Below are positions 10,492 through 19,403 of a DNA stretch of 64,000 nt, in pieces. The stretch is from Anaerolineae bacterium. Its GTDB lineage: Bacteria > Chloroflexota > Anaerolineae > B4-G1 > SLSP01. The stretch lies in the NCBI GenBank assembly GCA_034429475.1, contig DAOUGD010000123.1, forward strand, positions 6,934 through 70,933, in the 5' to 3' direction. Every line of letters begins with the position of its first letter. Position 1 is the stretch's first letter. Both the position numbers and the translations under genes were made by a program. A model generated the notes under the pieces. That model had not been told where the DNA came from. It did no database searches and was given only the letters and a program-made list of their open reading frames with translations.

Positions 10492-11127
10492 ATGACTGTG
10501 ACTAATCAAGATTTCTATGAAGTCGTGGCCAGGCGCCGCTCCGTGAGAAGTTTCCAGGACCAGCCGGTGGAAGCGGAAAAGCTGCATCGCGTGCTCGCGG
10601 CAGGATTGAAAGCTCCTACCCACAATCATTTGCGCGAATGGCACTTTGTCTTTCTCCACGACCGGCAAAAGCGCCAGGCGGTTCTGGAATTGGGGGAGGC
10701 GTTCAGCCGTACCCCCGACCGGAGGTTTCTGGAAGAGACTCTGAACCAGATCACGAATCCCCATCAACGTGAAGTCTACTCCTACTCAGTTCCACTCCAA
10801 GAGAGGCTGCTGCTAACAGCCCCGGAGCTACTGGTGGTGTGTTTTCGTATGGAAAAACCTCTCGCCGAGTGTAAAACGCTCTTCGCGTTGAATAATTTTG
10901 CCTCAGTGTGGTTAGTCATAGAAAATATCCTGCTCGCGATGGCGGCTGAAGGGCTATATGGTGTCACAATGGTTCCTTTTAGAACAACAGGGGTCAAAAG
11001 GTTATTGAATATCCCTGACGACTACGAGGTCGCAACGTTTATTCCCCTCGGTTATCCCCAAAAAGAGCCGCGAGTTAGACAGGTTGAGATCAACTTGGAA
11101 GAGAGGACCCATACGGATACCTGGTGA
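10492..11127 (+). CDS. nitroreductase family protein
   Basis: RRSVRSF motif near the N-terminus and overall nitroreductase-like layout; start refined to MTVTNQDFYEVV. Confidence 0.8.
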   Translation: MTVTNQDFYEVVARRRSVRSFQDQPVEAEKLHRVLAAGLKAPTHNHLREWHFVFLHDRQKRQAVLELGEAFSRTPDRRFLEETLNQITNPHQREVYSYSVPLQERLLLTAPELLVVCFRMEKPLAECKTLFALNNFASVWLVIENILLAMAAEGLYGVTMVPFRTTGVKRLLNIPDDYEVATFIPLGYPQKEPRVRQVEINLEERTHTDTW

Positions 11128-11186
11128 CAAAGACAGGAACGGTCGGAACTGCACGAATATTCTTTGATAAAGTGGAGGTATCACTG

Positions 11187-11750
11187 ATGAATCTTCTCCG
11201 AAAATCACGGTGGGACGCCTATTTGCTGCTGGCATTGCTTTGCGGGGGATGGGTGTTGGCGGCGTGCGGCACGAAAGAACCCCTAAAGAGAATTGAGCCA
11301 AGTGACACGGTGGGCATCTACTCCGCCGTTATCCGGCAAATCTACGTTGCGGACGACACATTTGGGGGAACGCTCCAGCCACCCACGCTGTACATCATCC
11401 GGTATACCGACGACAAAGCCGGCAGCCCAATGGGAGAATCTGGTGAGTCGGTTTTGCTCGCGGAGTCGGCCCAATCCGAAGTGACGACGGCCCTGCAAGA
11501 CTTGCCCACGGAGATCGTATGGGTGGATGCCTTTGAGGATGTGGCGTTGGATGCCACGACTGGCAGTGTGGTCAATGGGGGGGCGATCATCACCCTCGGG
11601 AACATATATCCACAGGAAGATGGTTCCGTACAAGTGTCAGGGAGTATCTATGTAGCGAGTCTAGGAGCCGGTGGGCAAACCTACGTTCTGACCCAGATTG
11701 ACGGGGTCTGGGAAATAACCGGAACGACCGGCGGGCGGTGGATAAGCTGA
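11187..11750 (+). CDS. lipoprotein (lipobox LAAC)
   Basis: ATG at 11187 preceded by GGAGG; signal peptide MNLLRKSRWDAYLLLALLCGGWVLAACG. Confidence 0.6.
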   Translation: MNLLRKSRWDAYLLLALLCGGWVLAACGTKEPLKRIEPSDTVGIYSAVIRQIYVADDTFGGTLQPPTLYIIRYTDDKAGSPMGESGESVLLAESAQSEVTTALQDLPTEIVWVDAFEDVALDATTGSVVNGGAIITLGNIYPQEDGSVQVSGSIYVASLGAGGQTYVLTQIDGVWEITGTTGGRWIS

Positions 11751-11756
11751 TGGCGA

Positions 11757-12149
11757 ATGAATAGAAATACAGCCGAAACCTTAATCAGACAGTATTTTCA
11801 AGGCTGGCTCCAACAAGATGTGACGTTGGTCTTAAGTACCTTGTCGCCAAGTATTACGGTGGTGGAATGTTACGGGCCAGTTTACTGTGGGCTGACCGAG
11901 GTGAAACACTGGTTCCGTGATTGGCATACTGGGAAGGGGAAGGGCCAGGTAACCCGGTGGGATATCTTGAAAGTAATGTATGATGAACAGCAGCAGATGG
12001 CCGCAGTGGAATGGGATTTTGAGTGCCACTATGACGATCACTGGGGGTCATTCCTGGGTGCGAGCTGGGTCCGTTATGATGACGCCACGATCACCCGCAT
12101 TCAAGAGTACAAGATGGAGAAAGCACAGTATCGCCCCTACGGGCCTTGA
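11757..12149 (+). CDS. SnoaL-like / NTF2-fold protein
   Basis: 130 aa; pattern LIRQYFQGW...WGSFLGASWVRYDD typical of SnoaL-like polyketide-cyclase fold proteins. Confidence 0.55.
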   Translation: MNRNTAETLIRQYFQGWLQQDVTLVLSTLSPSITVVECYGPVYCGLTEVKHWFRDWHTGKGKGQVTRWDILKVMYDEQQQMAAVEWDFECHYDDHWGSFLGASWVRYDDATITRIQEYKMEKAQYRPYGP

Positions 12150-12227
12150 TCAAACCCCGATGGGCGTCGCAATACTCGTGGGATTCGGGACGCCGGAGTC
12201 GGTATGCCCGGGGATAAGGAGAATGCT

Positions 12228-12734
12228 ATGACCACAAAGCCCATTTCGATGATTGGCAACGCTCTGCTCAGACAACGCTCTGCGCCCATTGATTTCGCGA
12301 CCGATCCGGTCGCGCAGTACATTGCAGATCTCCAGGACACGCTGCGGCATTTCCAGCAAGCAAAAGGGATCGGGCGCGCCATTGCCGGGCCGCAAATTGG
12401 GTATCTCAAAAGCATCATCTATATGGAAACCGCCGGGCACAGGTTGGTGATGATTAACCCCACCGTCACCCACCGCAGTCCAGAAACCTTTGAGGTATGG
12501 GACAGTTGCTTTAGCGCCGATGTGGCCTTCTTTGGCAAGACCCGACGGCACCAGGCCATCACAGTCGCCTACGTGAATGAACGTCAGGAGCAGATTCACC
12601 AAGAGTTCGTCGGGGACTTCTCCGCGCTTTTCCAGCACGAGATAGATCACTTGGCAGGAATTCTCTTCACCGATCGCATCCTTGATCAGCAGATCATCAT
12701 GCGCAGTGAGTGGGAGAAACTATATCATCAGTGA
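12228..12734 (+). CDS. def: peptide deformylase
   Basis: Motifs GIGRAIAGPQIG (motif 1) and QHEIDHLAG (HEXXH); RBS AAGGAG upstream of ATG 12228. Confidence 0.85.
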   Translation: MTTKPISMIGNALLRQRSAPIDFATDPVAQYIADLQDTLRHFQQAKGIGRAIAGPQIGYLKSIIYMETAGHRLVMINPTVTHRSPETFEVWDSCFSADVAFFGKTRRHQAITVAYVNERQEQIHQEFVGDFSALFQHEIDHLAGILFTDRILDQQIIMRSEWEKLYHQ

Positions 12735-12905
12735 GAGTGGGGACTCTCCCTACAAATACAATGGATAATCCCGCGATGAGTTCCGCTAATACCACCGTGG
12801 TTGCGCCAGTATTCATATAGACAATCAGATAAAGTTTTGGACAAAGTTATGCTAAGTTGAGCGTAAAACCTAAGACAAGTGTCAAAATCATTATCTGAAC
12901 CTCTA

Positions 12906-13103
12906 TAGAACGCGAAGGGCAGATCCTGTTGGTTAAGTAGGTCTATGGTCCGCAGTATTGGTCTCTCCCTGGCGGCGGACAACGAGATCCTGGAGTGCGG
13001 CTACTTTGCCTATGATGGTCTGCCTGAACCAATTCGTGAGCATCTCCGCCAGCGGATTGAGGACTACTACCATTGCCCGAACGTCGTGATTCAGACTCAG
13101 TAA
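12906..13103 (+). pseudogene. NUDIX hydrolase gene remnant (in-frame TAG, frameshift, NUDIX box missing)
   Basis: Reads ...EREGQILLVK*VYGPQYWSLPGGG then shifts frame to ...LECGYFAYDGLPEPIREHLRQRIEDYYHCPNVVIQTQ*; low-GC spacer between def and the next gene. Confidence 0.45.
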
Positions 13104-13200
13104 GGTCAGAACGCGCGGGAAAGTCAGCGAAGTTTTATCACAGCGTATGCAGAATCAGACTTTGAGATGGTCCTTATCACTTTTATTCAAGGAGCACCCT

Positions 13201-13701
13201 ATGCAAGAAGATATCACGACCCTACAACGCGAAAACGAAGCGTTAAAAGACCTCAATAGACGGCTCGAATGGCGCTGGAATCACGCCCGATCGCAATACC
13301 TCACTTTTGTGGAAAAAGTCATTCCGTTGCTTGATCAAGAGCAACTCAGTGCGATATTTCAGGAATTGGGACGCAACTGCGCCCGTTCGCTTGGCTGGGC
13401 CCAGCGGTATATCGGGGATCCGGAAGGCTTTTTCCAGCACATGGAGCGCCATAGTGGAGAGCAGATCAGCTTTTCTGCCGACAGAAAAGTGATTACTGTA
13501 GTGACCCAAAATAGACCCTGTGATTGTCCCATTATGAAAGGCCGCTGTATTGCCGGCGCTTACTGTGACTGCTCCATCGGCTGGCAAACCGAGACCTATG
13601 AAACAATTTTGGGGAAAAAGGTGCGGGTGACCATCCAGGAAGCCGCCTTGAGAGGCTCCAATCGCTGTGTGTTTGAAGTGCAGATTGATGATGGACAATA
13701 A
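13201..13701 (+). CDS. hypothetical protein with N-terminal coiled coil and C-terminal Cys-rich module (CDCPIMKGRCIAGAYCDCSIGW)
   Basis: ATG 13201 preceded by AAGGAG; 3-prime end overlaps the downstream deaminase gene. Confidence 0.55.
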   Translation: MQEDITTLQRENEALKDLNRRLEWRWNHARSQYLTFVEKVIPLLDQEQLSAIFQELGRNCARSLGWAQRYIGDPEGFFQHMERHSGEQISFSADRKVITVVTQNRPCDCPIMKGRCIAGAYCDCSIGWQTETYETILGKKVRVTIQEAALRGSNRCVFEVQIDDGQ

Positions 13702-14227
13702 CAGCTACACCGAACAAGATCGGCATTTTATGACCCTGGCCCTGGCGGAAGCGCGGCAAGCCCTGGAAGCTGGCGACTATCCTGTAGGGGCAGCCCTGAC
13801 TCTCAACGGCGACTTGCTGGATACTGCCAGGAATTCGCTGTTCACCGACGCCCGTTGGACGGCCCACGCCGAACATAATCTGCTGGCGCGCCATTCAGGG
13901 CACCTGCTGGCTGCCTTCAGAAGTAGACAACCCTATGAGGTCTGTCTGTATACTACCCTGGAACCTTGCCTGATGTGTTTAGGGACCGCGCTCATCCATC
14001 GGGTTTCCCGCATCGTGGTAGCCTGTCCTGATCCGCACGGCGGCACGACGCGCCTTGAGCCTGAGCGCTTGGGGATTTTCTATCGGGAAGGATGGCCTGC
14101 GATTCAGACCGGCCTGTTCCGGGAAGAAACGTGTGAGTTGGTGGTGGAGTTCTTGCGGACGGGAAAGTTCATGTCATGGGAGACGATGTTGGCCGCCTTT
14201 GAGGCGCTGCGGAAAAGTTGGGAGTAG
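13688..14227 (+). CDS. cytidine/deoxycytidylate-type nucleoside deaminase family protein
   Basis: Zinc-binding motifs HAEHNLL and PCLMC; overlaps the upstream gene by 14 nt. Confidence 0.8.
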   Translation: MMDNNSYTEQDRHFMTLALAEARQALEAGDYPVGAALTLNGDLLDTARNSLFTDARWTAHAEHNLLARHSGHLLAAFRSRQPYEVCLYTTLEPCLMCLGTALIHRVSRIVVACPDPHGGTTRLEPERLGIFYREGWPAIQTGLFREETCELVVEFLRTGKFMSWETMLAAFEALRKSWE

Positions 14228-14268
14228 GGGATTGAGATCCCTCTGAAGTTGACTCAAGAATTCCATCG

Positions 14269-16008
14269 CTAATCTCCCGCGCTCACGGTCAGTTCCAGTT
14301 GGCGCTGGTAGAGCTGGCTATACAACCCACCCCGCGCCAGCAACTCTGGGTGACTGCCGATCTCGCGGATGCGCCCACCTTCCAGGGCGACGATCTTGTC
14401 GGCGTTGCGGATGGTGCTCAGGCGGTGCGCAATCACGAGCGCCGTGCGCCCCTTCAGCACCGCGTCGAGCGCCTGCTGGATCAGGTACTCCGCTTCGGCA
14501 TCCACCGACGACGTGGCTTCATCCAGGATCAGGATGCGCGGATCGGCGAGAATGGCGCGCGCCAAGGCCAACCGCTGCTTTTGCCCGCCGCTCAACTTCA
14601 CGCCGCGCTCGCCGATTTCGGTGGCGTAGCCCTGCGGGAGTTGCGCGATGAACTCGTGGGCATAGGCGGCGGTGGCGGCAGCGATGATCTCTTCGTCGGT
14701 GGCGGCGGGTTTGCCGTAGCACAGGTTCTCGCGCACGCTGGCGTTGAAGAGGAACGTATCCTGCAACACCACGGCGACGTGCCGGCGCAGCGACGCGACC
14801 TGCACATCCCGCAAATCGTGCCCATCCACCAGCACCCGCCCATGCACCGGATCGTAGAAGCGGCTCAGCAGGCGCGCGATGCTTGTCTTGCCCGCGCCGC
14901 TCGGCCCGACCAGGGCCACGACTTCGCCGGGCGTGATGTGGAAGTCTATGTCGTGCAGTACTTCCTCGCCGTCCTGGTAGCGGAAATGCACGTCGTCAAA
15001 CACCACGTCCCCCTCAATGGACTCCAGGGGGACCGCATTCGGCGCATCCTGGATGTCCGACACCTCGTCCATCAACTCGAAAATGCGCTCCCCGGCGGCG
15101 ACCGCCTGCTGGAGGATATTGTCAATCTCGGTCAGGCGGTTCAGCGGCTCGTAAAACGACGTGCTGTAGGCGAGAAACGCCACCAGCGTCCCCAGCGTGA
15201 CCTGCTCGTGCGCCACCATCCACGCGCCGAACCCCAACACCAACGCCGTCCCCAGCAGCGCCAGAAAACGCAACGCCGGGAAGCAGGTGCTCCACGCGCG
15301 GATGCTGCGCACCCGTTGGTAATAGTACTGCTGGCTGGCGTCACTGAAGCGCCGCAGTTCCGGCTCCTCCTGGACGAAGGCCTGCGTCACGCGGATGCCC
15401 GCCAGGTTGTCCTCCAGCCGGGCGTTGATGTCGCCCAACCGGTCGCGCACCTGCCGGTAGATGGGGCGCGCGTATTGGTTGAAATAGCGCAAGCCGAGCG
15501 CGATAAACGGCACCGGAATCAGCACGACAAGCGCCAACCGCCACTCCAGCGTCACCAGAATCGCCGAAGCGCCCAGCAGCCGCAGCAAATCCACCGCGGT
15601 CAGCGTGACCCCGTGCGTGACGAAGTTCTCCAGCGCCTCGACGTCGTTGGTGACCCGCGACATCAGTTCGCCGGTGGACGTCTGCTCGAAGAACGCGAGC
15701 GACAGCCGTTGCAGGTGCGCGTAAAGCCGCACGCGCAGGTCGAGGATGAAGCGTGCGCCCAGGACGTGGCGCACGTACTGTTCCACCATGCTGACCGCCT
15801 GCAAGAGCGCGTAAACGCCCACCAGCCCCGCGATCAACGGCCAAAGCGGGCGGGTGTCGCCCGTCGCCAGCACGCCATCAATGATGGCCCGCTGGAACAA
15901 CGGCGGCAGCAGGCTCAGCCCGGTGGCGAGCAGCATCGCTATGGCGGTGAGCAGCAGCGGTTTCCAATAGGGCTGTACGTAGGCAAAAAGACGTTTCAAG
16001 ATGCGCAC
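14269..16008 (-). CDS. ABC transporter ATP-binding/permease fusion (exporter type)
   Basis: N-terminal 6-TM domain; Walker A GPSGAGKTS; signature LSGGQKQRLALARA; Walker B ILILDEATS. The 586-aa + strand ORF 14299..16059 is an antisense artefact. Confidence 0.9.
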   Translation of the reverse strand: MRILKRLFAYVQPYWKPLLLTAIAMLLATGLSLLPPLFQRAIIDGVLATGDTRPLWPLIAGLVGVYALLQAVSMVEQYVRHVLGARFILDLRVRLYAHLQRLSLAFFEQTSTGELMSRVTNDVEALENFVTHGVTLTAVDLLRLLGASAILVTLEWRLALVVLIPVPFIALGLRYFNQYARPIYRQVRDRLGDINARLEDNLAGIRVTQAFVQEEPELRRFSDASQQYYYQRVRSIRAWSTCFPALRFLALLGTALVLGFGAWMVAHEQVTLGTLVAFLAYSTSFYEPLNRLTEIDNILQQAVAAGERIFELMDEVSDIQDAPNAVPLESIEGDVVFDDVHFRYQDGEEVLHDIDFHITPGEVVALVGPSGAGKTSIARLLSRFYDPVHGRVLVDGHDLRDVQVASLRRHVAVVLQDTFLFNASVRENLCYGKPAATDEEIIAAATAAYAHEFIAQLPQGYATEIGERGVKLSGGQKQRLALARAILADPRILILDEATSSVDAEAEYLIQQALDAVLKGRTALVIAHRLSTIRNADKIVALEGGRIREIGSHPELLARGGLYSQLYQRQLELTVSAGD

Positions 16009-16264
16009 AAAATCACCTCTGATTCAAAAGCTGGCGTTTGGTTGAAAACTGATCCGTGATACGCGATGGCCTTCTCACGCATCACGCATTATAACCTAAG
16101 CGTCTGTAAAAATATCACTTCCCGCTGCGGCCGGTCTCCGACCGCGCCACCACGGGGCATTGACCTGTCCGGCCAGCCAGCCTATAATCATAGGGCTGGC
16201 GCTTACCGACCTCGTGTGCGGGTGGGCGCCGACGGGAAGCATACAGAGCAAAAGAGGTGTAAAA

Positions 16265-16837
16265 GTGAATGCGCTTTGCTGGATCACCCTGGTCGCCGAG
16301 GTGTGTGCCGCACTGGCCGTGATGGTAAGCATCCTTTTTCCGCAGCGCAGAATTTGGCCGCCCTCTCGATCTCGCTCATGGATGGGGTATGGGATGTGGG
16401 GCCTGTTCATCATCTCCGCCATAGGGGTCATCGCGCTCGGCATGAGCGATTGGGGTTCGCTGAAACTGGCGCCGTGGGTGCGCTGGCTACTGGGCGCGCC
16501 CCTGTGGTTAGGCGGCAGTGGCCTGGCTTTGTGGGCGCTGATAGTTTTGGGGGTGGCTGCTAGTTTCGGGGATACCGGAACCCTGGTGCGCCGAGGCCCC
16601 TATCGTTTTTCGCGGAACCCGCAGTATGTGGGCTTTATCGCCGGATTGCTAGGCTGGGCCTTGGTGGCCAGTTCAGCCCAAGCCCTGATAGCCGCGGTGG
16701 TGGGGGTGCTCCCCCTGGCGTTGGTCCCTTTTGCCGAGGAACCGTGGCTGTTGGCCCGGTATGGCGCAGCCTATGCCGAATACCTGCAATCCGTGGCGCG
16801 TTTTGTCCCCCTGCCCCATTGCCGGGAAGTTGCATAG
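16265..16837 (+). CDS. isoprenylcysteine carboxyl methyltransferase (ICMT) / PEMT-family membrane methyltransferase
   Basis: Motif RRGPYRFSRNPQYVG; start set at GTG 16265; track has a longer ATG 16160 version. Confidence 0.65.
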   Translation: MNALCWITLVAEVCAALAVMVSILFPQRRIWPPSRSRSWMGYGMWGLFIISAIGVIALGMSDWGSLKLAPWVRWLLGAPLWLGGSGLALWALIVLGVAASFGDTGTLVRRGPYRFSRNPQYVGFIAGLLGWALVASSAQALIAAVVGVLPLALVPFAEEPWLLARYGAAYAEYLQSVARFVPLPHCREVA

Positions 16838-16846
16838 TGAGACCCG

Positions 16847-17386
16847 ATGCCTACCTTACTCGTATCCCCTACCCTATACATTTTTTCCGGGCTGCCGGGG
16901 ACCGGCAAAACCACCCTGGCCAAGGCGGTGGCCCGCCACCTCAAAGCCGCGTATTTCAGACTGGATACCATTGAACATGCTCTCCAAGAAGTGTGTAGCC
17001 TCCAGGTGCGGGGCGAAGGCTATCGCCTGACCCAGCGCCTCGTGGCCGACAATTTAGGCGTCGGCAACGATGTGGTCGTGGATTGCTGTAATCCCTGGGA
17101 ACTGACCCGCGCGGAATGGGAACGGGCGGCTACCGAGAACGGCGGCGATTTCATCAATATCGAGGTTATTTGTACGGATCAATCCGAACATCAAGCGCGC
17201 GTCGCACAGCGGGAAAGCGACATCGCCGGCTTCACCTTGCCCACCTGGGCCGCAATACAAGCCAGAGAGTATCAAGCATGGCAGCGCGCCAGGATCGTCA
17301 TGGATACCAGCCACCGCGACAGCGCCGCTTGCATCGCCGAACTGCTCCAGAAATTGGCGGCAGAAAAAGGCCGGTTAACTGCCTGA
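16847..17386 (+). CDS. P-loop kinase-like AAA family ATPase
   Basis: Walker A GLPGTGKTTLAKA; about 180 aa, like small nucleotide/antibiotic kinases. Confidence 0.7.
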   Translation: MPTLLVSPTLYIFSGLPGTGKTTLAKAVARHLKAAYFRLDTIEHALQEVCSLQVRGEGYRLTQRLVADNLGVGNDVVVDCCNPWELTRAEWERAATENGGDFINIEVICTDQSEHQARVAQRESDIAGFTLPTWAAIQAREYQAWQRARIVMDTSHRDSAACIAELLQKLAAEKGRLTA

Positions 17387-17450
17387 CCGGCGCAGCGCGC
17401 CCTGGGCGGACCAGCGCGCCGGTATTCGGTTCTTCGAGGAGTTAGATAGT

Positions 17451-17939
17451 ATGAAGGAGTTTAGACGGCGCATTTATCGTAACTTACCGGAAATCGTGAC
17501 CGATCTGCGGAACATCCTGGCGCAACGCTCGCACATGAAAGTGTTGCTACGTGGGACGTCAATCAGCGCCGCGTTTCGGGAACGGTTGATGTTGGCGGTT
17601 ACGGGGGTCAATGCCTGCCGATACTGTTCGTATGTGCATACCCAGCAGGCCTTGAGCGAGGGGCTATCGCCAGAAGAAATCGCGGACTTGCAGGAAGGCG
17701 AGTTGGCCGGCAGTCCCCCAGCGGAACAGGCAGCGTTGCTCTATGCCCAACATTGGGCCGAGACGCGGGGGCAGCCGGCTGCTGAAGCCCGCCAACGGGT
17801 CCTTGCTCAGTATGGGGCCGAGCGCGGCGCGGCGATGGAATTGGCTCTGCGGGCGATTCAGATGTCGAACCTGCTAGGGAACACCTTTGACTACCTGTTG
17901 TATCGCGCATCGTTTGGCCGGTGGGGCGGAGCGCACTAA
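17451..17939 (+). CDS. carboxymuconolactone decarboxylase family protein (AhpD-like)
   Basis: CxxC-containing core NACRYCSYVH in an AhpD-like helical context. Confidence 0.7.
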   Translation: MKEFRRRIYRNLPEIVTDLRNILAQRSHMKVLLRGTSISAAFRERLMLAVTGVNACRYCSYVHTQQALSEGLSPEEIADLQEGELAGSPPAEQAALLYAQHWAETRGQPAAEARQRVLAQYGAERGAAMELALRAIQMSNLLGNTFDYLLYRASFGRWGGAH

Positions 17940-18015
17940 GTGCTGGCGCCTAGATCCGGAGGAGGGTTTGCTAGACGCGCCAAATGGGTTATCTATTTTC
18001 CATGAGGAGGAAGCT

Positions 18016-18936
18016 ATGGTCAATTTCACGAGTCATTCCCAAGATTCTATTGATGTTGCAGAACTCGCGGCATTCACGCACCGAGCCTATCAGCTACTGC
18101 CTATTCCTTACAGACACGGGGAGACTCCGGCAGAGCTTGAAAACTTCCTGCAACAGCGTTGTCCTGATTTCATTGTGTTGGCGCGTGCGGCGGACGCGCT
18201 GCTGGGATGGGCCGGATTGTATCTTGGAAACTGGCAGGCCAACCTGCTCAGTTGGCATCCCCTGGTTATCCCGCCCAACCCGACCATCTCCCAACAGTTG
18301 GTGTGCCAGTGTATCCAGCACGCCGCCGCCTCTGGCAGAGAGCGGATGGAAGTGTTGCTACTGAATCTGACCCCAGAGTACCAGGACTATGCGGCGCAGT
18401 GTGGGACGATCTATCAGGCGGCGGGAATGGCGCGCGGGATGGAGTGGCAGTCTATGGAAGCTGGCTTGCAGTCGTTTGATTTTGCCCTCCGGGATATTCC
18501 GGAGACGTTGATGCTTCGCCCTCTAACCGAGATGGCCAAAGACGCCCTCTGGCCATGTTTTGATGCGGCCTTCGCCACGCAGCAATCCGCAGCGCAACGA
18601 TGGGAGAATTTTGAGGCATTTTTCTGCCAATTGACGTCCCTGGATGCCGACGCTTCCCTGGCGGTGGTTGACGGTGAGACCATCGTGGGGTTTGTCGCGA
18701 TAGGCGTGACGGCGGAAGAGGCGTATGTGAGCGGCATTGGGGTCATCCCCACGTACCGGAGACGGGGATTAGCCAGATATATGTTGGGGACGAGTATGCG
18801 GCGCTTGGCGGCGAACCACTACCGGAAGATGATCCTTCAGGTGGATCGCGAGAATCAGGCGGCGCTGGGATTATACCGGAACCTGGGATTCCAGAACGTC
18901 AACCACGGTTGGGTAAGCTACTTCTGGGAAAAGTAG
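18016..18936 (+). CDS. GNAT family N-acetyltransferase (two-lobed)
   Basis: ATG 18016 preceded by AGGAGG; C-terminal GNAT motif IGVIPTYRRRGLARYMLG. Confidence 0.7.
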   Translation: MVNFTSHSQDSIDVAELAAFTHRAYQLLPIPYRHGETPAELENFLQQRCPDFIVLARAADALLGWAGLYLGNWQANLLSWHPLVIPPNPTISQQLVCQCIQHAAASGRERMEVLLLNLTPEYQDYAAQCGTIYQAAGMARGMEWQSMEAGLQSFDFALRDIPETLMLRPLTEMAKDALWPCFDAAFATQQSAAQRWENFEAFFCQLTSLDADASLAVVDGETIVGFVAIGVTAEEAYVSGIGVIPTYRRRGLARYMLGTSMRRLAANHYRKMILQVDRENQAALGLYRNLGFQNVNHGWVSYFWEK

Positions 18937-19177
18937 CGCCCTACAAACGACGGCAAGTCCAGTCGTTTCCAGAACGGAAAGACTTCTAACCCCACCGCAG
19001 GTGCCACCCATAGGATAATCACCGTACCGTCGAACGGTGTCTGGCCAGCAGCATCTCCGCCGGGGGGATACACACGCCGCGCGTATCCGTGTCGCTCTCC
19101 GGCGTGTCCAAGCCATACGCCCGGCTGCCGGCGACAACACGGTAGATCAGGTGGGTCTCCCAAAAGGGGTCAGGCAT
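18918..19177 (-). pseudogene. nucleotidyltransferase (PF10127-like) N-terminal fragment, frameshifted and truncated
   Basis: MPDPFWETHLIYRVVAGSRAYGLDTPESDTDTRGVCIPPAEMLL then frame switches; only about 85 codons in total. Confidence 0.45.
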
Positions 19178-19403
19178 GGGCGACTCCTAATCGCACGCGG
19201 AGCAGAAAATCGTTGAGCAGGGACTTTCTATCCCGATACTGCAACCACAAGGGCACTGTTTGCCAGTCATCATACGCCGCACTCTGATCTCCAGTTGCGG
19301 TTAAGCCTTCGATTTCGCCATCGCTCATCCTGATAGTTACATCACTTCTTTAATTGGCTCGTCGCCCCTGGTCGTCCACGATGAGCTCGCCGCCTACACC
19401 GAT

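Noticed and set aside
14299-16059. 586-aa + strand ORF, and many other long ORFs in the track (for example 24476..25276 -, 32755..33453 -, 37082..37846 -, 54698..55486 -, 60041..60988 -)
   Set aside because: All lie antisense to or out of frame with genes that carry clear motifs. Their translations are Arg/Pro/Gly-rich, low-complexity strings typical of alternate-frame ORFs in high-GC DNA.
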